From Candidatus Thorarchaeota archaeon (lineage in GTDB: Archaea > Asgardarchaeota > Thorarchaeia > Thorarchaeales > Thorarchaeaceae), in assembly GCA_003345595.1 (NCBI GenBank), contig PRDI01000039.1, positions 1 through 64,000 on the forward strand: 64,000 bases of DNA, written 5' to 3'. The notes under the pieces were generated by a model that searched no databases, had not been told where the DNA came from, and saw only the letters and a program-made list of their open reading frames with translations. A program made the position numbers and the translations under genes. This document shows positions 29,356 to 38,300 of this stretch, in pieces. Each line of letters starts with the position of its first letter. The first letter of the stretch is position 1.

Positions 29356-32300
29356 ATGAAGAGAGGTAGCATCTCTGCGATAGTCATGACCATGTTGTTT
29401 CTTATCACAGCTGTAGATTTCGCAGGCAGTCCAATTGCGGCTGTCCCCGAGGCCAGGTCCGGCCTAATGGACGAAGGTTTCACTGAGGCAGGGCAGCCTG
29501 CCTACACCGGAACAGGTGCCGCAAGGACTGCTACGCTCAAGGGGCTTGTGACAAACACCTCCGCCGGCCCGTTGATAATTGACACTGCATCTGCTGACTA
29601 TGCACGAGTGAATGTACCTTCGGGGTGGACTGGGACATACGTTCGATCCGACATCAACATGATGTCAATGTGGTCCGATGACGAACTGAACAACGGAAAG
29701 CTTGACACGTATCATGATGAACTATGGCTGGGGATGAACTACGATTCAGAAGCCGTGGCCGTACCTAACCTCTGGACACTTGTGAAGTCAGAAAGTGGAA
29801 CTGGCTCAGGCAGAGAGCTGCATCCGCTACACGGGATCTTTGAATTGAATGCTTGGAGTGGAGATGGATATGGCGGATCTGGATCAATGGGGTGGCTTTT
29901 CGAGGCTGCATGGGCATCTGCCAACGTCCTGACAGCAAATGATGAAGTATACTTGAGCCAGCAGGTTGAGGTCGCGCACCGGGACCTGTTCTCAGCCAAG
30001 GTCACTTTCATGTACAACGTCTACTCTTCTTCGTCTATGCTCAACCAGACTCATCTCTTCGTCAGAATTGGCAGTAGTGTAACTAAGCTCTATGTCTTCG
30101 AGAGCACCGATGTGCAGAGTACTTGGCTTCAGGCCTCTGTTGACATACCGGTTTCTGCATTCCTTACCACGACTGTACCCTGCCAACTGCTGCTTGACGT
30201 GGGTCTTGCAACTGACCTCAGTGGATCTCAGGCAAATGCACGAACGAGCCAAGTCTTCATTGACGAGATTCAGTTCCTCTTACAGGTGCGGCCTTTTCCA
30301 GAACAAATCGCTCTGAAGGCGAACGGCACTGCTCTGGCCGGTTCCACATCTGGAAGCGTGTCACCCTACGTTCCAGACGGTGCCAACCGGGACTGCTATG
30401 ATGACGTAAGCACGGGCGTTGACTTGGATGGATACAGCAACAATGGCATTCTGGACGTTGGTCATTGGGACACAACCTGGAACGTTGCTTCGACCTTTCA
30501 GGTCGGTTTCCAATTCCAGCTGAGTATTCCCAAGGGAGCTGGCATCACGTCCGCCTATCTCGAAGTCGAGGCTGCAGAAACGTCCTATACACCCGGAATG
30601 AGAATCTACGTTGCAGATGCGGATACTGTTTCAGCGTTCACAAGCGGTCTTCCCCACTTAGAAAGCAGATACACATGGGTTCAAACAAGCATCGACTGGA
30701 ACCCAACGGCGTGGACGACCGACGTAAGGTATGCTTCTCCTGATATTTCAGGCCTCATTGAGAAGGTTGTCACAAGATCCGGATGGGCAAGTGGGAACTA
30801 CATCTGCCTGATGCTCAACTTCACCTATTCAACATACTACCAGTGCTATAATGGCATAAAGGGCACGTCTGCATATGACGGTGTTGACTTGGCTCGCCTT
30901 TTTGTGAATTACGTGACTGCAGGCGCTACTCCAGAGAAATACACGGCATCTGGAACTTGGACGGGTCCTAGAGCTCTGTCAGTGACATACACGACAACGT
31001 CCAAGCCAGTGGTAACACTTGACACAGCTACATCTGTCAACGTTACGACTACCTTGAGCTCTTTGGACAACAGTAACAGCGTCGGCACGACATTCAGCGT
31101 GTCCAACGCGTCATCCGTGACCTGGACAGGCAACGTCTTGGTTTCTCCTCCAGCTGGAGTGGGATATACAAACATCTCGTTCAGTAAGCCATCTACTTGG
31201 ACATTCGTTAGCCTTACAGATGCGGACGGCTCTACTCGGACTTCAGAGGTCACCACGACAACCACAGAGGTCCGAGTCAAGTCATCAGTTGTTGATGTAT
31301 TCGGAATCTGGAGGTTTGTCTTCACGGCTTCTGACGGCGCGACAAACCTGCAGTGCGGTGTCAACGCTGGCAGCTATGCAAGCACCTACACGTACACCGT
31401 AGGCAGTTCTGCCTGCTTCAGGGGTGCAGCACCCCCCACAGCCAACTCAGTAGAGCGACTACTACTCACCGCCCCCAACGGACAGCTCTTCTATGCCGCA
31501 GATAACATCTCTCAAGACAGCAGCGGCTATTTCACATGGACGGGCATCACGGTGACCGGTTCATGGGCGGCAGGCGTATGGTCTGCAGATGTCAATCTCA
31601 ATAACACTAGGGGCGCCTACCCCTCAATCACTGGCAGATACAGTCGCACTTTCACCGTCGTGCATGCGACGAGCCTTGCTCTGCAATCGCCAGTAAGTCA
31701 GACTTCGACCAAGACGGCGGGCGATCTGCTGTACGTTGAGGTAAAGCTCACTGACACGGACAACTTGGCTCTTATTGGTGGAGCGACGGTCACCATGAAC
31801 TGGACCGTGTCCGGCACTCCAACCGTGAAGACTTTGGACGATTTCGGCAATGGACTGTACGGGAAAACGCTGAACACCACTGACTTGGGGACTGCAAAGA
31901 GATGGAGGATCCAGCTGTCTGCATCTAGGCAGTACTATACAGGATCGACCACTTACTTCAACTTGGACCTGTGTCATACGACATACTTGACATATCAGAC
32001 CCCCGTGTCCACACCATATGGGGACGACTTCAAGGTCAAGGTGAATCTCTACGATGCTTTCAGTGGGGCCCTGATTTCGGGCGCAACGATAACCTCCAAT
32101 GCGACACTTTTCGGTTCACCTACGGACCACGGCAACGGTAGCTATACTGTTACCCTCGAAACAAGCGGGCTTGGTGTTGGGGACTATCTCTATCGTATCA
32201 ATGCCGCGCCCAGCAGTACATACCTATTGTCCTGTTCTGTCAACATCAAGTTTACTCTGCGTAATATATTCACGGCGACCTTTTTCGTCGGTGGAAGCGG

Positions 32301-35300
32301 TGTTTCGACGCCGTATTCCGTCAGTTCGTCCAAGGTGATTACCTACAATGACACCGATCACGCATCTGCCGGAATAGCCGGAGCAGGCAACTCAGTTCAG
32401 TCGCCCTCGGGTATTGTGGCAACTGTATCTGACTCTGGAGGGGGCAGATACACTGTCAACATCAATGTAGGCACAAAGTCAATCGGAACCTATCTCATCA
32501 ATGTAACGCTATCAAAGACGAGCTACTACAGCAGCACCATTCGGATCTCACTGACGATTACGGCCCACAACACCTACATAGTTGCTAAGTATACTACGCC
32601 TGTACCATGGGGTTTCAGTTCACCATTTACCGTGTCATGGTATGATGCAGATGCTAGTGGGGCCAACATCTCAGGCTCGGTGGCTGTCAGCAGCGTCACT
32701 GTCAATGGACAGTCATATGGAAGTAGCTTGAGCTTCACATACATCTCGAGCAGTCTGACAGTCGGAAGCTATAACCTCAATGTCACTGTGAATTCCGGAA
32801 ACGCGAACTACAAGAGCTCATGGGAGGTTGTAACGATTGTGGTGAGGGCGCATTACACCACAATCGCAGCGGTCGTAGGCAACTCTACACCATGGGGGTT
32901 CAACACAGTCGTCACGGTCACGTTCTGGGACACCGATGCCGGCGTTCAAGTGCCTCTGGCGAACGTGTCCACAATCGTTTACACTCCGACTGGCTACGCC
33001 GTGCAGACTCCGACCAAGAGCTACACTCCCACTCTCACGACCAACACATGGGGCGTAGGGGTTGTTTCAACCACTGTGAGCGCAACATGTGTACTCTCCA
33101 ACAAGTTCTATACTTCGGCTGTAAACAGCTTCATCATCTCAATCAGAGCGCACCACACAACAGTCAGCGCAGTCACTGGATCTTCAACGCCGTGGGGATT
33201 CAACACGCCGGTGATGGTTACATTCTGGGATTCTGATACTGGTAGCGAGGTACCTCTTGCGAACGTGTCCACAATCCAGTATTCTCCCACTGGTTACGCC
33301 GTACAGACACCGACCAAGAGTTACACCCCCACTCTCACGACGAACACATGGACTGTCGGTGCGGTGTCGACTGGGATATCTGTGTCTTGCGTCGACTCCA
33401 ACAAGTACTACAATACGGCCTCCAGCAGTTTCGTCATAACGGTGAGGTCGCACCATACTTCACTTTCAGCTTCTGTTATAGGCCCAACAGCATGGGGGTT
33501 CAATACTGCCGCCAACGTTGTGTTCTGGGACACAGACTCCAATTCGCAAGTGCCCTTGGCGAATGTTTCGACAATCCAATACTCTCCTACTGGCTACTCT
33601 GTACAGAGCCCGACCAAGAGCTACTCACCAACGCTGACAACCAGCTCTTGGGCAGTTGGAACAGTATTGACAGGTATCTCGGCCAGCTGCATGAGTTCCA
33701 ATGCATACTATGAGGCGGCGTCAAGCACGTTCAACATCGTGATCAGAGCTCACCGCACCTCCGTTTCTGCAAAAGGGGGCATGACATCCCCCTATGGGAA
33801 CAACACTCCTGTCAGTGTCGTCTTTTGGGATCTCGACAGCGATGTCCAAGTTAGCCTCGCTAATGTCAGTGCGGGTGGGGTATCATTCAATGCCGGTGCT
33901 CTGGGAACACAGAGCTTCAGTACATACACCCCGACGTTACTGACTGGCACTTGGTCAGTAGGCACGCATAGCGTCACATTGACTGTGACGTGTGTGCAAA
34001 CCAACAAGTTCTATGACACTGCCTCTTACACATTCACGATAACGATTCGGAGCTTGGGAGTCTACCTCTACCATGAGCCGAGTGATCTGGTCTTCCCAAG
34101 TGGGGACAGTTTCACGATTGTGCTTCGTATCAACGTGAGCGAACCGGGCAACCAGTACAACGGGAACCCGATCATTGGCCTGACTGCGGGGGAATTCACA
34201 GTCACCAATTCTACATACACCTTCCCCAAGACGATCGCAGGGCTTGGGGCTGGCAGGTACAACCTCACCATCAGCAGCTCCTACCTGAACATGAATGCAT
34301 ATACAATCACCGTGGTTGTCGATCCTACAAGCCTGAACTATGCGACCGCCTCCCTCGTGATATCGTTCAGTTATCGACCAGCCCGGAGCTACTTGTCATC
34401 TCCAAGCTATCCACATGTCACTACACCATATGGCATAGACATCGCAATCTCCCTGAATTACACAGATGTGGACCGTAACAAAGGGATAATCACTGCAGCC
34501 GTTTCGGCTCAAGGCATTTCCATCTACGGAATCCAGAACTTGGGCAATGGCATCTATCGGGTGACACTGAACGTAACGGGTTTGTCCAAGGGCGACCATC
34601 TGTTCAACATCAGTGCATCTGCACCGCAATACGAAACGAAGATCCTGACGTTCACTCTTACGGTCAGAATCGCCTATACCTCCGCTATTCCCACAGTCGG
34701 TTCCCTTGACATTCCTGTCGGCAATAGCCCGATCTTCTTTGTGAGGTTCTGGGACACCGACCGCGATCAGCCCGTGACGAGCGCCTCCATGACATCTTCT
34801 TGGATTCGAACCCTAACTGCAATCTACTTACCTGCAGAACAGAGGTATCAGGTACAGTTCGTGACTCTGGACACTGATGAATTGAGGCCGAACCTTGTAG
34901 TTAGATTCAACTTCTCATATGGCGAAAACTATCAGTTTGGCATCTTCAATATTACAGTCACCATCAGGACGCACAGCACAGAGTTCCGTCTAGTGAGTGC
35001 TGTACAACCGACCTCGTACAATGGAATGATTAACATATCGTTGTACTACGGCGACCTCGACAATAATGCTGGTATTGACTCGGGTCTTGTTTCGCACAAG
35101 GTCAAAAACTCTACCGGACTCGTTTTATCAAGCTTGATTAATAGCGGCAGCGGCTACTATGTTGTACGAGTATCCGCGTCTCAGTTCCGTAGCTTGGGCC
35201 TGCAGACTCTGACGGTCTACTTCAACTGGACCGGGTCGATCTACAAGTACTATAACAAGACCGTTGTGGCAGGAGCCAACATCATAGGGGAGGACTCCAA

Positions 35301-38300
35301 GTATACGCTGTTGCAGGCTTCTGAGCCGACACCCTATCTCGACAACATGAGCTATACATTCCTGTATGCCGAGCTCTACAGCGGCACTGGTATTACCAAT
35401 GCAACTCAAAACGTGTTCATCAGTGTTATGTTCCAAGGGGAATCGGCGGATCTCTCCAAGGTCAACATCTGGGAAACGAACAGAGGCACAAGCCCCGGGT
35501 ACTATTCCATCCGGTTCAACACTACCCTGTTTGCTCACACGGGTCTCATTTACATGAATGTGTTCATCAACTGGTCAAAGGGTGTTTCACCGTTCTACAC
35601 CAATCGCACTGATGTCATTTCTGTGCGCATTCTCGCTCGAGATACTCTAGTATCCATCTTCCCACCATCACCAACGGCATGGGGTGAGAATGCGACGTTC
35701 TCTTTCACCTATGATGATGTCACAGGAGGTGGAAGTGAGCCAATCGGTATTGACGCCAAGATGACAATATCGCTTAGTCTGTCCAGCTTCACTCTGACCT
35801 ACAACAGCTTGACAAAGACATTCTCGGTGTCGTTTAGCACGAGCCAATCACCGATTGGTGATGCGCCAATAGGCTCTAAGTCGTTCATATTGAACGTCAG
35901 GTGGGCCGGGTCACCATATTACGCAAACCGAACTGGACTTTCAGTCACGATTACGGTGATCGCTCGGCAGACGGTTCTGGATTATCAGTCTCCGGCTCCG
36001 ACTCAGTACCTTGACAATGTCACTTTCATCGTGACGTGGACTGATGTGACGGCTTCTCCTGTGGGCATCACTGGTGCAACAGTGACGCTCTATGATGGGG
36101 TTACCCCAGTATCAGCTACGAAGTACAAGGTCACACCACAGGGAGGTGGCAGCTACTCAGTCCAGCTCAATACCACCTACAAGGCCTCGCCAGGGACCTA
36201 TTCATTGAGGATTATCCTAACAAGACCCGAGTTCTACATACCGCTCGCTAACTCCTCGAGACCGTTCAACATCAGGTACCGCGTTACACTCGTTTCGGCA
36301 GAGCTGCCCGGTGAAGTTCCATACAACTCGTCAGTTGTGGTGAACGTTCACTATCGCGATTCACTGAAGCTGACTGAGATTGGCAACGGCAGCGGGCTCA
36401 CTTCTATAAGGATTCTCAATGGTACAGGTTGGCTCTTCACCTGTTCTTGGCAACCTGCATTCGCTTACTATGTTCTCACAGTCTACACTTACAATCACCC
36501 TGAGCTCCAGATTGGCAAACTCTACACACTCCACATCAACATGACATACGCGAGTCAGGTTCCATTCTATGATTGGGATGATACCTTCGTTTCATTCCAG
36601 TTGCGCCTGAGAGTCACAACTCTGAGTGCCTCGGCTCCGACATCCACGCCCTATCTGAACTACGCAAACTTCACAATTGACTATCTTGATGTGGATGCGG
36701 GTGGCATGGGCATTGGATCCGCCAGCATCTCCATCAGGAAAGGCGGTGTGCTCCTGCTGCTCGGAACAGAGTATCTTGCCACCGAGAATTCTCCGGGTGT
36801 GTGGGCCATATCGGTTAACACCACTGCACTTGGAGGTCTTAGCACATGGCAGGTGGTCGTGTATGCGACATGGTACGGTAGACCCTACTACTCGAACAGG
36901 ACACAGTCTGTAGACATTCCAGTCATTCGGCGTCCCACTTCTGTTGATATTCTAGTACCGCCATCACTGACTCGATATCTTGACAGTGTTATGTTCACAA
37001 TAGCCTATGTTGATTCGGGAAGAGGATACTACATCTCTGGGGTATCCGACAAAATCCTCATCCTTAACGGCACAAAGTATCTATCTTCTGGCCAGTATAC
37101 CGTGGTAGCAGGGACATTTCCTGGGACATTCGACATAAGAATTAACTCGACCATTCTTAGTGCCCGGTTGCTGACGAACTACCAGCTGATCGTGAAGGTC
37201 TACTGGCTCATTTCTGTGCCCTACTATGCAAACAGCACGACTACTGTACGGGTGACAACCACCAACAGAGTTGGTACACTGACCTGGAATCCGATAGACA
37301 ATACGCCCCTCGGGGATTTGATGAACCTCACCTTCTACTACAAGGACTCAGACACCGGTGCAGGGATTGCTAACGCAATTGTGCAGTTCGACTGCGTGCA
37401 GAAACCGGGTCTCCAGGTCGGAGTTGACTACACGATCGAGAAAGGTACTGGAGCAAGCACAGGTACATACATAGTCCGAGTTGACACCGAACGGCTGTTG
37501 GGCATACGGACCTACGCGTTCACATTAACTGTTCTGTGGAGTCCCACTACTGTCCCGTACTACTCTAATCAGACGCCTAGGTCTATAGGCGGCACAGTCA
37601 GGATAATCTCCGCTTCGCTTACTACTGGTCTTCCCACGCCTTCAACAGTGCCATACTACGAGATTGTGTCGATCGATGTAACTTTCGACGACGCCGACCA
37701 TTTGCGGCCCATCCCAGGCGTGACAAAAAGCAATGTGAGCGTTACGTACGTACCGGGTGCACAACCCGAAGTTTGGGGATTCAGCGAGTTAGGCGGCGGC
37801 GTCTACAGGATCACAGTGAACATCTCTGATTCAGGACTTGCTGGACTGAAATCGCTGAAGATAGCCTTCAACTGGTATCCGTACACTGTATTAGAGAGAC
37901 AGGTTCAGTTCCAGGTCAGATACAGGAACGGAGCATTGTCAGCTCCTTCGACTCTACCTCCGTTCTACGCAGGCGATCCATCCTTCATCGTCCTGAATCT
38001 CACTGACATTGATGGCGGGAAACCACTAGCAGGCGGCACATTGGCCATTACATGGGGCTCAACCAGCTCTTGGCAGTATATTGGCTCAGGGCTGTACAAT
38101 GTGTCTTTCGCGACGCTTGGAATGCCTGCGGGCTCTCGGACTATGCAGATACAGGCGTCCAAGGCCAACTTCACCATTCAGCTATTAATGGTCGATGTAT
38201 ACCTCAGGGCCGTTCCGATGGCGATTCTGCCCGGAGAGGACCTCGATGGTAAGTCAGTGTACTGGGGCAGCACGATTGTCATCCATGTCCTCATGAACGA

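Noticed and set aside
32848-34050. CRISPR array or DGR template/variable repeats
   Set aside because: These are in-frame coding repeats without spacers, the differences are not limited to adenines, and no cas or reverse transcriptase gene is present
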